A DNA stretch of 64,000 bases, from contig OX638150.1 of NCBI GenBank assembly GCA_951804945.1, forward strand, positions 93,868,001-93,932,000, given 5' to 3'. The translations under genes and the position numbers were made by a program. This DNA comes from Podarcis cretensis. Its lineage: Eukaryota. Position 1 is the stretch's first letter, and each line of letters starts with the position of its first letter. Of the stretch, positions 39,062 through 52,285 are shown one piece after another. The notes below the pieces were generated by a model that worked only from the letters and a program-made list of their open reading frames with translations, made no database searches and was not told the DNA's origin.

Positions 39062-39254
39062 CAGTGGTACCTCGGGTTACATATGCTTCAGCTTACAGAC
39101 TTCACTAACCCAGAAATAGTACCTCGGGTTAAGAACTTTGCTTCAGTATGAGAACAGAAATCGCACGGCGGCAGCAGGGGGCCCTATTAGCTAAAGTGGT
39201 ACCTCAGGTTAAGAACAGTTTCAGGTTAAGAACTTAATTCATTCTGGAGGTACC

Positions 39255-39257
<3 letters not shown>
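39062..39257. mobile_element. Tc1/pogo-type MITE flanked by (CA)n and (TG)n
   Basis: CAGTGGTACCTCGGGTTA left TIR; microsatellites at 38994-39023 and 39259-39292. Confidence 0.85.
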
Positions 39258-39293
<36 letters not shown>

Positions 39294-39394
39294 TTTTATT
39301 TGTATGCCGCATGTGCAAGGTTGCTTGCAACCTGAAAAAAGCTGCATACTCACAAATGTAATGAAAGTAGTCATAAGCAGTAGATAAAACGTAT

Positions 39395-40421
39395 TTTTAA
39401 AAAAATTAAAAAATAATTAAACATATTTCACAAAATTATATAATATACTATATTACAATTTATATCCCAGCCCATACAACAAATTTTTTTAAAAAGGAAT
39501 ACAAGGAAGGAATTTAAAAAGGAATACACAGTGTCATACTATTATATTATTTTCATAAAGCTTTTTGATAAAGAAATGGTAATAATAAAGAAAAAAAGAA
39601 AAAGAAAATAGAAACAATAAATTTACATATATTATCTGTACATTGCAAGACTCATTCAAGATCTGCCATAAGGTTTTTGCTGTCACAGTATTTTTTTCCG
39701 ATATTCTTTGAATATAATCCATTCTTGATTTACTTTTTGCATCGAATACCCTCTTACCCTTCCTGTCATTTTTGACATTTGCAGATATTCTAATTGTTTA
39801 GTTGTGGGTGAACATATCAGATGATACAGCGATTCTTCAAACAGCTCTTGTTTATTCACAGGCCAGAACAGAACTGAACTGAAGGGTTCAGCCAGCCTGC
39901 TTATATAGAGCTCCACTACAATGCAACAGTAGCAACTTTCTGTAACTATCCAATCACTGAACGTCACTTTCAATCCCATATTTGCATATGTGGACCTGAG
40001 TTTAACTTGCCATTCTGATTTTGTAGGCGTAATTTCATTTGTCCAATACATTGCAATTAAAATACTGGCTATGGATGTTGCATACATAAAGAGAGGTCTT
40101 ACTTCTTTCTTTATTTCAGTTGACATTATCCCTAATAAAAAGGCTTCTGGTCATTTTGTGAATGGGATTTTTAACATCTTTTTTAGTTCGTTATATATAA
40201 CATCCCAAAACTTCCTAATTTTTCCACATTCCTATCACACACAATATGCATAAATGACCCTCTCTCATCTTTACATCTCCAACAATTTTCCGACCTACTC
40301 TTATACATTTTGGCTAATCTGGTTGGGGTGAGGTGCCACCGATATACCATTTTCATAATATTTTCTCTTAAATTATAGCACACTGTGAACCTGATATCTT
40401 TTTTCCATAGCCTCTCTGTAA
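39395..40421 (-). mobile_element. L1-clade LINE 3' fragment (ORF2 C-terminus plus UTR)
   Basis: YRWHLTPTRL...CWRCKDERGSFMH zinc-knuckle region and EWQVK..LEYLQM..EWIIFKEY; possible TSD ATAAAAC(G/T)TAT at 39384-39394 and 40422-40432. Confidence 0.85.
39795..40001 (-). mobile_element. 5'-truncated solo LTR nested in L1
   Basis: Interrupts L1 ORF2. On the minus strand: ATGCAAAT, TGACGT, ATTGG, TATATAA, AATAAA, and it ends in AACA. Confidence 0.75.
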
Positions 40422-40731
40422 ATAAAACTTATAAAGTACACAAGCAAACTGAACAATTTCCACATAAAGCATAATAAGATTTAAAGTAAAGATACAAAAA
40501 ATTAATAGCAATAACAGCAACCTCCCTCCCAACAAAACCCCCTGGGCAATACCCCAGTCTGTTCAGCAGGGCCCACCCTTCCTAGGCCAGGTGGGAAAAG
40601 GCCTGCAAGGTCTCACTGTACAAACCAGCTCATTTTCCATTTTTTTTTTTATAGTTGTCTTACTTTATGCCTGAAGTTTATCTCTTTTCCCTAGCTTGCT
40701 CTATGATTTGCAGCTGTCCTGAGGACAGAAG

Positions 40732-40817
40732 AATGTATGTAGGCAGTGAGACTGTAGCAATGTATGTAGGCAGTGAGACTGTAGGCACCATGTATGTAGG
40801 CAGTGAGACTGTAGCAA
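40732..40817. repeat. Minisatellite, 3 copies of ATGTATGTAGGCAGTGAGACTGTAG (period 27-30)
   Basis: Direct observation. Confidence 0.95.
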
Positions 40818-41924
40818 ATATAGCCTTCTGTTTGTTCAGACAGCTTCAGAGACAGGCCCAAGTTGGATGGGAATTATACTGGGGGTGGAATGCAGAAGGC
40901 TTATGGGTATTTCCTTTGCCAAAATATATCCCATGGAGCTTGAACATATTTGAAATGAGATGAGTGCTACCAGCAGAGCTCCTTTTCTGCTATTGCTTTT
41001 CTTTTGGAAGGATGTAAGGAACCTCTTTAGAACTGAGTTTGAGAAGTCAAGCTCTGTTCAGGGGGTTAGTACATGCTACCTGCCTTCTCTGGGCTGAATT
41101 TTTCATTACTCAGAATTCTCTAGAGTTCATGTGCAGATGTTGATGCGCTTCACAGTTCATGATCCACTGGTCATCTTGGATACCTTCATGTTGCAAGTCC
41201 CAGGTGCTCTGCCAGATCCGTGTAATACATTTTGTTAGCAATGCATCTGTGCATGCTTTCAGAAATCTCAAACGAGATGGATGCTGGTGCAATACAAGCA
41301 TCCCAGAGCACTGGGCTGAGCGCTGCTGATATTGATTTCAGCCAGAACATTGTGCACAGAACAAAGTACAGCTTTCCACAGAGGGATGTGGGACTCCAGC
41401 CAAGCGTGGGAGTTGGTGAGGATGACAAACTGCAAGATTATTTAAGATGCAAAGCTAGAGTATTTTTATGTAGTTCTGCTTCTTCTAAATTCTGCCACTA
41501 AAAACCTTCACTCACAAATGTCTAAAGTCTCTCTCTCTCTCTTACACACACACACACAGAGAGAGAGTACATGTAGGGCAGACCCACACCAAACATTTAA
41601 AGTGCATCCAATGCACATTTAAAACACATGATGTTCCCCAAAGAATCCAAGGAATTGCACTGAGCTACAGTTCTCAGCACACTTAAACTACTGCCCTAGG
41701 ATTCTTTGGTGGAAGCCATGTGTTTTAAATATGCATTTTAAACAGTTCCTTAGTGTGCCATGTGTCTTCTTGTAAGAAATGCCCGTGGGACAAAAGAGAC
41801 CTGGGTGGAATCTACACACATATAAAAAAACAACACTCTGAAAATCCTTTTTTAAATTTTTTTTGAAAAATATATTGAATTTGTTATAGCTCACATCAGC
41901 GTCACATATGTATATTGCACTTTA

Positions 41925-42269
41925 AAAGGTAAAGGTAAAGGGACCCCTGACCATTAGGTCCAGTCGTGGCTGACTCTGGGGTTGCGGCACTCATCTTGCT
42001 TTATTGGCTGAGGAAACCGGCGTACAGCTTCCGGGTCATGTGGCCATCATGACTAAGCCACTTCTGGAGAACCAGAGCCGCGCACAGAAACGCTTTTTAC
42101 CTTCCCGCCTATTTATCTACTTGCACTTTGATGTGCTTTCAACTGCTAGGCTGGCAGGAGCAGGGACTGAGCAATGGGAGATCACCCCATTGCGGGGATT
42201 CAAACCACCGACCTTCTGATCGGCAAGTCCTAGGCTCTGTGGTTTAACCCACAGTGCCACCCGCATCCC
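41925..42269 (-). mobile_element. Sauria SINE, full length
   Basis: AAAGGTAAAGGTAAAG tail; TSD ATATTGCAC at 41912-41920 and 42271-42279. Confidence 0.92.
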
Positions 42270-42748
42270 CATATTGCACATTACAACACACTTAAAACGT
42301 TTTATTTGCAGCTGTATAGCTGAGTCCCTGCTCTATAAAATAGTCATACGGTATTGTTGCCTGTGAAGAGCTGAGTGAAGTCTGGAGAGAAAACAGTCAT
42401 CAGTGTATGGCTCTGATGAAATTCATAGTTTATTCGTATTGGTACAGATGGATCAATTTTTTTTTTATTTTTTTTTAAGGTTTGGAGCAGTTTATCCTGA
42501 GTGTTCTTCATTCACACTTCATTTCCCTGCCCTTCAGCATTGTCCTTACAATTCCAAGCTTTCTGTACCAATAAATGGCTTTGGATATTATGAGCTTTTA
42601 ATAAGCCATTCATTCCAGCCAAATGACACATCCATACATACAACAAAAGAGAAATAGAAAGGAGCAGAAAAGCAGGACGGAAGGGAAATGAAGAGTGGGG
42701 AAGGACCAGATGGTTCTCAATATTGCTTCCTTTTTATGATGTGCATTT

Positions 42749-42866
42749 CAGTGGTAGGGCTTCACGCTCCGGCACCGGGGGGAGGAGAGCAGGTGGGGGC
42801 GGGACACAGCGCCTGCAGGGTCAGGGCGCCCAGTGTGGGGGAGGCAGCCATGATGGCACCCCACTG
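42749..42866. mobile_element. Short GC-rich MITE-like element
   Basis: CAGTGG...CCACTG termini and locally high CpG. Confidence 0.45.
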
Positions 42867-43591
42867 GGATTGCACTGCCTCCTCCTCCTCCTCTGCCAGT
42901 GGTGCATTCCATCCCTTTCTAAGTTGATGAAGTTTAAAGCAGGGGTGAGCAGAAGGTAGATCAGGATCTACTAGTACCGTACATCTACAGGTGGTTTTGA
43001 AGGAGATTGGCAAGGATTTCCAACTGATGGTTTGGCAGCAGTTTATTTATTTATCAGCAGTCCTTGTTTATCAATTTGATCCTTTTACATGGTTTTACAT
43101 GTTTTGTGGTATCTTATGCATCACGATTTGCCGTTATTATTATTTTAATTACAGTTTAGCAATTCTATATTGTAACTGATAAGTGCAAAATGTTCGATTA
43201 TTATTTGCTGATATTTAATTTTATTGTTTGCTTTTATATTCAAATGGATTATTGAATATTGTTTTGTTTGATATGAGTTGTTTATTTAAAAGCTATTTTG
43301 ACATTTTCGTATGGGATCGTATTGTTATTAGGTTTGTGATCTTTGCTGACTATATCGTTGTTTCTTCAGCTTGTTGTTTCTTCAGCTTGTAAACCGCCTT
43401 GTGGTACACAAATTAAAAGTGAAATGAAATGAAAATGAAAAGAAATTTATTTATTAAATTTATATACCACCCTTCATCCTAGGATCATGGGACTCCCTCC
43501 TGCCTCTCCCTCCGCAAATAGAAATGAGAGAAAGTCAATTTAGTTTACATGGATGCACAGAAATGCATATATAAGCATTCATAGAAATGCA

Positions 43592-43853
43592 ACAACAACA
43601 ACAACAATCTTTATTACGGTCCAGAGATCCAACAAATCGTTACAAAGCAATACACAATTCATACAGCCTACCTCCAGGTTAAACAAGCATTTTGTTCAGA
43701 ATATAGGGATCATTGGTTCTTGCAACCACCGATAAAAACTTTGCCACTGCTAATGTTCTAGCATTTGTCTGGTCTTCCAATAGGAACCTGACATAGTGAG
43801 CCTCTGATTTTCCCAGGAAAGGTACCAGCAAGGGTAGTATCAGTTCAGCCCTG
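43592..43853 (-). mobile_element. LINE 3' fragment (RTEX-like) with AATAAA and (TTG)n tail
   Basis: RAELILPLL...RFLLEDQTNARTLAVAKFL C-terminal motif; TSD GAAATGCA at 43584-43591 and 43854-43861. Clade uncertain. Confidence 0.65.
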
Positions 43854-44195
43854 GAAATGCATATATTTATGAAAACAGCATACAAAAATACATTATATTA
43901 GAGGAAGTTGCTTTGCAAAAATGTAAGTGAAATTTATATTAGGAGAAATTCACATTAAAACACAGATGAATTTTCATGAAGGTTTTTTTTTTTAAAAAAA
44001 AAAAAAAATAAGAACCTGATATGGAAATGTGGATAACTGAAGAATGGAGAAATAATTAGAAACTGGAAGAAACTGAAATTGATAAATTTTCCCGATCCCT
44101 ACCCCTAAGTTATAGTGTTTAAATGAAGAAAGCTGAGGAAACTAAGACTGAATTTTTGCATAGAAGGACTCTGAGCTCTGCTTAGTTTTGGAATT

Positions 44196-44609
44196 CAATT
44201 GAAAAAAACACGAAAATGTAATAGGCTATATTATAACAATTGTAAAGTTATTTACTAGAAACTACTTCTCAAAATTAGATACAGCTTCTCATAATGTCAA
44301 AGTCAACATCGTGACATAACATATTAAAATGTAGCTTATTCATTTGACCACCGAGTCCAGTATGTACAAAATGCAATTCCTATTTTGTCAGTCCCGTAGT
44401 ACATTCATATTCTAATTTCTTCATTCTTCTCTTGTCTTTTTCTATCTGACGTATTCCTTAGAAGAGTACAACAATAAATGATTTGAACACTGGCACTGGT
44501 AGATTTTGACATTATGAGAAGCTGTATCTAATTTTGAGAAGTAGTTTCTAGTAAATAACTTTACAATTGTTATTATGCAGCCTATTATGTTTACGTGTTT
44601 TTTCAATTG
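44196..44609. repeat. Long inverted repeat (arms 44196-44301 and 44505-44609)
   Basis: The inner 69 bp of the arms are perfectly complementary; spacer about 203 bp. Confidence 0.95.
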
Positions 44610-45520
44610 GATTTGCTTAATATAGGCATTCTAGTGGTTTTGATTTTAGTTTCGGAATTCAGCACAAATTCGTCAGCTCAAACGTCTTTAATTCTAAGTG
44701 CTAAGACTCTTGCACCAGCTCTCTGCAAATGTAAACATTGTACCAACATATTGCCACCATGTTCCCTAACTGCTAGTAGAGGACTGTTGTTATCCCCCAG
44801 CCAGCCACCTGCCACTAGTACCATAGCAAGACATAGGTTAGGAGAAACCCAATACTGTACTGCACAGTTGATATAAAACATGGATAAAATTGTTCTGTTA
44901 ACAGGTTACCGTTTGCATCTATTACAAAATGAAAATTTTACTCAGTGCAGGACACTTCAGGGCAGCAGCAAATTTGTCATTAAAATTCATCTTGACACAT
45001 TAATTTTTCAAACTGTTTGCAACAGCCTTGCATGCACTCAGACATTCATAAATATTCCAATTTAGAATGCCTTTTTCTCTTTTATTTTAAATAGCATTGG
45101 GAAATTAGCACTAACTGGTGGAGAATAAGAGGTAGTCTGTCGTCATTTCCCCTTCACTTGGATTACCTCCCAAATCTCATACTTTTAGATAGAGAAGCTG
45201 AAGAATGCTATAGCGAGGTTGTCATTGAGAAACAGGTGAAAGCTAAAAGAATGAAGCACCCTGGGTTTCCTTGCTGAATGTTTTTGGGTAGTGCAATGGA
45301 GGTGAAAACATTTCGTTCTTCTGTCTATACTACTCAGGATGCAATCCCATTGTCCTTGAGAGGTTCGTAGGTGGAGAAAGGGGTCTACCCCAGCAGGGGT
45401 GGCCATTAGGCAGAATGAGGTGGCCACCAAGCAGCAGATGATGGGGAGGTGGAGAGCAACCATGAGATGTTGGAGGGAAGGGCTGTGTGTGACCACCCTG
45501 GAGCTGATGATAGTCATACT

Positions 45521-45770
45521 TCATGTTACGTTTGCTTCATGTTACATTCTTTCAGGTTACGTCCCGTGGCGACCCAGAAGTACTGGAAAGGGTTACTTCT
45601 GGGTTTCGCCACTCGCACATGCGCATAAGCGCAAAATGACACCACATGCATGCGCAGAAGCACCAAATCACAACCCGCGCGTACGCAGACGCGCCACTGC
45701 GGGTTGTGCTCTTTTCATGTTGCGAACGGGCCTCTGGAACGGATCCCATTTGCAATCAGAGGTACCACTC
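45521..45770. mobile_element. Tc1/pogo-type MITE, related subfamily
   Basis: TTCAGGTTAC, CCTCTGGAACGGAT, GAGGTACCACT end. Confidence 0.7.
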
Positions 45771-48700
45771 TACTTATTTTATTCTGGAGCAAGTGCTTTG
45801 AACCTCTGTTTTCTTTTAAAACAGTAAACCAGTGGATAAAAATTTAGGAAATGGTCAGGCCATAAGCCCATCAGAAAGAATAGCTTAACTTGTCATCTGA
45901 ACATAAGGCAGGGGTGGGTGAGTGGTTTGCAACCAGATCTCCTGCATCAGCCAGTTCCATGGTTCCACATAGTCAAATAGCCTCAGGCATGGGTACCTGA
46001 CCATTGAGGGGACTGGAAATTTTTTATCTTTCCTTACTATTCCAATAACAGATACTCTCATGTTAAGTCTGCATTCCCATTTTCCTACTATTCCGCTGAT
46101 CTACATTTCTAAGAAGTTGGGCAGTTTCTGCAATAATTACCTAAATGCTTTCCGTTTTCACATGGAAAGTGCCTATTTTGTCACACTCTAAGCAAGGGAC
46201 ACTATTCAGAGTGGCATTGTTTTGGCCTTTACAGCATTATTTTCTGAGCCATCCTGGTGCACCCATTCAGTTCTTTTGTCTTGCTTATTTGGAAAGGCAA
46301 TACACTTTTCCGCTTTGATAACAAAAGCGGGGGGGGGGGGGGGAGAGCTATTGATGTTTTGTATTATGCATTGGTTTCTTACCATCAGCCTTTTTCCTTT
46401 GGCAGCCACCTGCCGTCTCTTTCTTTTCCAGGCCTTCAAGGGGAGGGGGGAAAAATCTCTGCCAATCACCTCACTTCGCACACAATCAGAAGCAGAATTA
46501 GTAGCTTCGTTGGAAGCAAGTGTGCTTTGAGCTGCTCTGTACTACACCTTGGCACAATCGCTCTCCAGATGAATGATCCGCAAAAATTGTGAGCTTTGTG
46601 GATTTTCAAGCTGGCTTCTAGCTATCTTGATGAATTTAAGACCCCCATAGGGCAGCACACTTTGGTATGTGATGCAAGGTTCTGTGAAACTTTGAAACAA
46701 ATACATCTAAAAGTCTGTAAAATATACAGCAGTCAGATGACACACAACGCCAAACTTTGGCTTAGCTCAAGATAGCAGTAGAAAGGACCAAGGAGGACCA
46801 AAGGGGCTGCAAGCTGCTCTCTGGGAGGCTGAGCCTTTGCACTGTCTCACTAAGCCATTGTTTGGCTCACTATGTCATGTGAATCCAAGCACTGCATTAG
46901 TGGACAGTTTGTCAGCACAAGGACATCAGGATGAAAGAACTTCCAAGGGGCAGAGGACAGGGGAGAAAGGAACAATCATTTATCTTTTCCTCTCTCCATG
47001 TGTGTGCCATGGCTGTTCCTGCATCCATTACCTGGTCAGGTAAGCTTCAAAGGGAGAGGAAAGAGGGTATTAAGGGAGAGACAATCTATCAGGGAGAATG
47101 CTTTGAGGATCATAGGGGAAGGGAATCCAGGAAATATTCTTAGGCTTGGATTTTAATTGCAGTCGAAGAAGAATTCTGGGTTTTAAAGGACCCATAAAGG
47201 AGTCTGGTTCAAGAGAAATGCATCACCATCTTGATTTATGGTTGTAGAAGTCATTCCAGATTAATTCACAATAAAAAGTTGTTTTTAAACTGTTTTTATG
47301 CAGTGAAAAGGATAAAAATCCAACGTACACTACTGGATGTTTAGAATTTATGTTTATAGTTGCAGGAATGTTTTTTCCATCATTAATTTTCATTTATTTT
47401 TACAAACCTGTGTTTCTATGCATGCTGTGTTAAATAGAATTATGGTCCTTGTTTGAAAACTGGAAGGGTAAAGGATTGCATATTTTAAATACCTAAAACA
47501 GCACAGGTACTTACTTGATTAACTATTATGTCAATATTAGTGCAGCCGTTTCTATAGCAACTCTTTGCAACAAAAAATATGTCCTAACCATAACTAAGAA
47601 ACACTTAGGGTTCATTTTTTTTCAGGCTGAACCAAATCATCTATTTAATCTTTCATTTAACTTTTCTGCCAAATTATCTTCCGAATTATCATGTTTGTTG
47701 CCTGAACAACATGGGCTAAAACTGAGGATATGGGGCAGGGGTACAAATTCATGCCTTCAGTGTCTCAGAACTCAGTTCCTGACCTTCTCTGTTTTGAGCA
47801 GGGAAGGTCTACAGAGGGCTTTTATTCATGCATGCTTAAACAAGAGTAGAACAGCTTGTGTAATCCAAGACCCTGCTTCAGCACACAGTTGATTCTATTC
47901 CTGTTCAAGCAGATATGAGTAAAAATCCTGTGCAGATAAGAGGAAGGTTGGCTACTGAAAGGGCAAGGTAATATACTGTACACTTGGACATTGGAATTGA
48001 GGCTCGCTGATGGTCACTAATTAAATCAACAAATGGATGATATCGTATGAATTATCATAGAACCAGAAGAGGAGGAAATTGGAATTGGCAGGTGGATCAG
48101 GAAATTAACTGAAAACAGATTTCTTCCAGCAGAACTCACTTAGCCAATAAATGCAATGGTCCTCAGTCAGAAACAAACTATATACTTTTAAAGAGAAGTG
48201 AATTATTTTCAGTTTTGAGCCTGCTCTCCAGAGATCTTGGATTGGCAACATACAGGGCTGAGCAAAAATGGCCCTGTCAGGTTCACCACCCAAGTCACAA
48301 GTAGCAAACAGGGGTTGGGGGCATTTTGCCAAGTTTTTTTCCCAAGAGGCACAAAAGTTCCCAAAAGTTTTCCAGTGATGACGGCAGCAGCTTAGTAGCT
48401 TTTGCCACCTCACCACCACAGGCAACAGCAGTGATGAAGCTCCTCGTGATGTACCCTTATTTCAAGGGGAATTTTGGAGCCCAAAGAATGGCCATTGTGA
48501 TGTAGCACCATTGTGGGACATGGAGCAGAGGGGCCGGTGAATGGCAGCTTCCCAAAGACTCTAAACTGGCTCCTGGTAGAAGCACTCCTCAGGTCCCACA
48601 GAGGATTTGAGACCTGGTTCTGCCCCTCAAACCACAGTGGTACTCCACTATGGCACAAAACCTATGCCACTCATTCCCTTATAAGCTCCCAATGAAGACA

Positions 48701-48913
48701 CAGTGGGTCCACCTACAAGCCCCCAGCGATGCCAGAATTTGCATCCTCGTTCTGTTGCCCAATCTTTGTTCTTGCTGACTTTGAGCTAAGGAGAGGGGCT
48801 TGGCTTTTATGCAGGTCTGCTTTGCTCAGATGATCTCAGAACTCTTTCAAAGCAACATATTTTTTGTCCAAAACAGGTGTTTTGGAGAACTTTCCTTCTC
48901 CTACCCATTTAGA

Positions 48914-49241
48914 TCATGAATGAGGAACCATGGATAAGGGGCCACATCCCCTTTGGTTTGACCTTCAAGGGCCACATTCCAATGGTGGGCAGGGCTAGAA
49001 GCCAAGAATTTGACAGAGCAATAAATGCAAATTTTATCTTTGAACAGTAGGCTTGTTTCTGCACACTCAGTCACCCCTCTCCATCCAAACAAGCAAGAGT
49101 TCAAGGACATATTCCAGGTAGGCAAAAACACCCAGGGAGGGTGTAAAGCATGGGAAGTGAAAGGTGTGGCTTGGAAAGGTATGTGGCTTCTGGAGAGCTC
49201 CAAGAGCTGGCCAGGGAGGCCTGAAGTGTTGGCCACTCCTG
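48914..49241 (+). mobile_element. hAT-like MITE
   Basis: GGGCCACAT blocks; flanked by ATTTAGAT / GTTTAGAT 8-mers. Confidence 0.6.
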
Positions 49242-50839
49242 GTTTAGATCTTGTTCTCTGGCTATAGCCTGCTACCTCTTGACTGGTGCCAGATTACCAC
49301 TGCTATAGTAGAGCTTCATTAAAACCATGCTCAGTATCCCCCAAACTCTGGACCTGACCAGTATAAGCCACCAATAAATCAGGCATGATAGATTCCTAAT
49401 TAAGTGTCTAGAATACCAGTGCATGGTACAGTGAATTAAAATTACTTATGCCTTTGTAACCCTTGCAATTAAAAGATATCCCAACAAAAAAATTATACAG
49501 TTTCTAGAAAACAATCCACTGGTCATAAATCACAGAGCTCTCATCATTCGCGCAAACAGAATATTTCATAGACCTTGAAATATCTGGAGGGCTTGTAAGG
49601 CCACTGAAGGCACTTTTTTTAATCTATTGGCTGTCATCTGGTTATCAGGCCAAATTTTAGTAACGGAAAAGCACATTGCGCAAATTAAGATGAAGGAAGC
49701 AACATATGTAGGTAGCTTTATTCCCTATCTGTTCTGGAACTATTTTCAAACATGTTTGGTCTCCATCTCAGCCCCATAATGACTTCTTCAGTTTTATACA
49801 ACAATAATTACCTTCTGCTCCTTTGCCTGAAATGTTATAATGGCTGCAAACCCCGCTTTAAAACAACTGTTTGGAATTAGATATTGTGGCAAAAAGAACA
49901 AACGAATCGTAATTGAGAAACTTGTTTCATGTAAAGGATGTTAAGTAATGTAATGCAACCATAGTGCCGTACTTTTTGTTCCTGTATAGCTAATATGAGC
50001 AGTGAAAAATACACAACCAAATAGAACTATTTCCACGTAATATTTTGAATTATTATTAAATCTGTGGCAGAAGCAGTGGGCGATATATTCCTTGGAGGCC
50101 AGGTCTGCTGTCCTTGGGATCCTGCCACCTGAGATGGTTGCCTCACCTCACTTCATGTGCAACGGCTTTCCATTCAGTTCTGCATGAACAAAGAGATATG
50201 TGTTTGTGTGTCTTCCTTTTCCAAGATTCTTGTGAATGTGTGACCTCCATATATAGCTGGGAGCTGTTGTATGAATTAGAAAATGCTGGGGTAAACTGCA
50301 TCTGTATGTTACAGTCTTCTCCATGATTGTCCCAAATCTGAGTGAAAACCTCTGGTGTATACTAAAGTTAACAAGGAATACCTTTTTATGGTTCATTGTG
50401 TATAAAGAGTGCCTCTGGAGCTTATTTTGCTTGCCGTGCTTTGCATCAGAGCTCCCCTATTTCGATTAATCTTCAGATTTACAGTTTTTCATAAGAACTT
50501 AAATTGCAGCCTGAAAGATTCTCTATTGGCTATTCTACCTTAGGAGGCTTTGAGCATATTTCTACTTCATTTCAGTAGTAGCTGAGAAGCTGTGAAACTT
50601 TGCCATAATAGTGCACATCTTCTTCCTTCCAAGAGCTGGGGGAAGCAGGGGCAAGGCACTTAAGTCAGAAGTACTGCAGCTAGTTATATCAGTGACCCTC
50701 TCATTCACACATTATGTTTCTCCTGATATAGTCCTAGGGAACGCCACTGCAACTCATGTGGGAGAGAAAAAAATGTGTTGCATGAATAATTCCTAAAGGG
50801 TTGGTGAGGAGAAATGTTGGCAAACAAAATCCTTTTGAT

Positions 50840-50840
<1 letters not shown>

Positions 50841-50879
<39 letters not shown>

Positions 50880-52285
50880 TTATTTATATCCCGCCCTCCC
50901 CAGCCGGAGCCGGGCTCAGAGCGGCTAACAGCAATAAAAGTAACACAGCATTCTAAAATCAATATTCTAAAATCAATTCAAAATCATATGGCAACCACTG
51001 GGCCAGAGTTCTACGAGGATCACCAAAGGAGGGGGTCAGACTGTGCCTTGGCCAAAGGCCTGGTGTAACAGCTCTGTCTTGCAGGCCCTGTGAAGAGATG
51101 TCAAGTCCCGCAGGGTCCTAGTCTCTTGTGACAGAGCGTTCCACCAGATCGGGGCCGCAGCCGAAAAAGCCCTGGCTCTGGTTGAGGCCAGTCTAACCTC
51201 TCTGTGGCCCGGGCCCTCCAAAATGTTTTTATTTGAAGACCATAAGGTCCTCCATGGGACATACCAGGAGAGGCGGTCCCGTAGGTACGAGGGTCCTAGG
51301 CCATATAGGCCTTTAAAGGTTAAAACCAGCACCTTAAACCTGATCCTGTACTCCACCGGGAGCCAGTGCAGCTGGTATAGCACCGGGTGAATGTGATCCC
51401 ATGGCGAGGACCCTGTAAAGAGTCTTGTCACGGCATTCTGCACCGGCTGGAGTTTCTGAGTCAGTCTCAAGGGCAGCCCCATCTAGAGTGAATAATAAAG
51501 TCTGGAGGTGACTGTCGCACGGATCACAGTGGCTAGGTCAGGGCGATGGAGGTAAGGACCCAACTGCTTAGCTTGGCTGAGATGAAAAAATGCTGCCTTT
51601 GTTATAGCTGCAATCTGCGCCTCTATGGAAAGGGAGGTGTTGAAGATTACACCCAAACTCTTAACGGACGGTTCCGGCACTGATTGCGCCCCTGCAAAAG
51701 ATGGGAGTTGCCCCCCCAATCCCATATCACCCCAGCCAAAGGACCTCTGTCTTTGAAGGATTTAACTTCAACCGGCTCCCACGTAACCATCCAGCCACAA
51801 CTTCCAAACATCTGATCAGTGTGTCTGGGGCCGAGTCAGGATGGCCATCCATCAACAGATAGAGTTGGGTGTCATCAGCATACTGATGGCAGCTCAAACC
51901 AAAACTCCGGACAAGCTGGGCGAGGGGGCGCATAAAGATGTTGAAAAGCACTGGGGAGAGTATCACACCCTGAGGCACTCCACACACCAAGGAGTGGCGC
52001 GATGACAGTCCCCCCCCCCCAAGCGCCACCCTCTGTCCCCGACCAGAGAGAAATGAGCACAGCCATTGAAGGATTGTGCCCTGGATCCCCACGGCAGTGA
52101 GGTGGTTGTCCAGGAGTTCATAATCGACCATGTCGAAGGCTGCTGACAGGTCTAAAAGAATCAGCAGCCCCGACCCGCCTTGATCAGCTACCTGTGGAGA
52201 TCATCTGATAGGGCAACCAGAGCTGTCTTGTTCCCATGACCAGAGCGGAAGCCAGATAGGAATGGATCCAGAGCCATTGTGATTC
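50841..52285 (-). mobile_element. L2-clade LINE fragment (second subfamily), degenerate RT
   Basis: GVPQGVILSPVLFNIFMRPL, HQYADDTQLY, LKLNPSKTE, LHWLPVEYRIRFK; (TAT)n tail at 50843-50879. Confidence 0.93.

Noticed and set aside
40732-40817. CRISPR-like array
   Set aside because: Units are contiguous with no unique spacers, and the context is vertebrate.
41110-41501. Overlapping 63-89-aa ORFs
   Set aside because: No recognisable domain or splice structure; most other short ORFs in the track were dismissed likewise.
45189-45235. Possible 47-nt coding exon (TTTTAG|ATAGAG...AAACAG|GTGAAA)
   Set aside because: Weak polypyrimidine tract and donor; no reading frame resembles a protein I recognise; needs RNA-seq.
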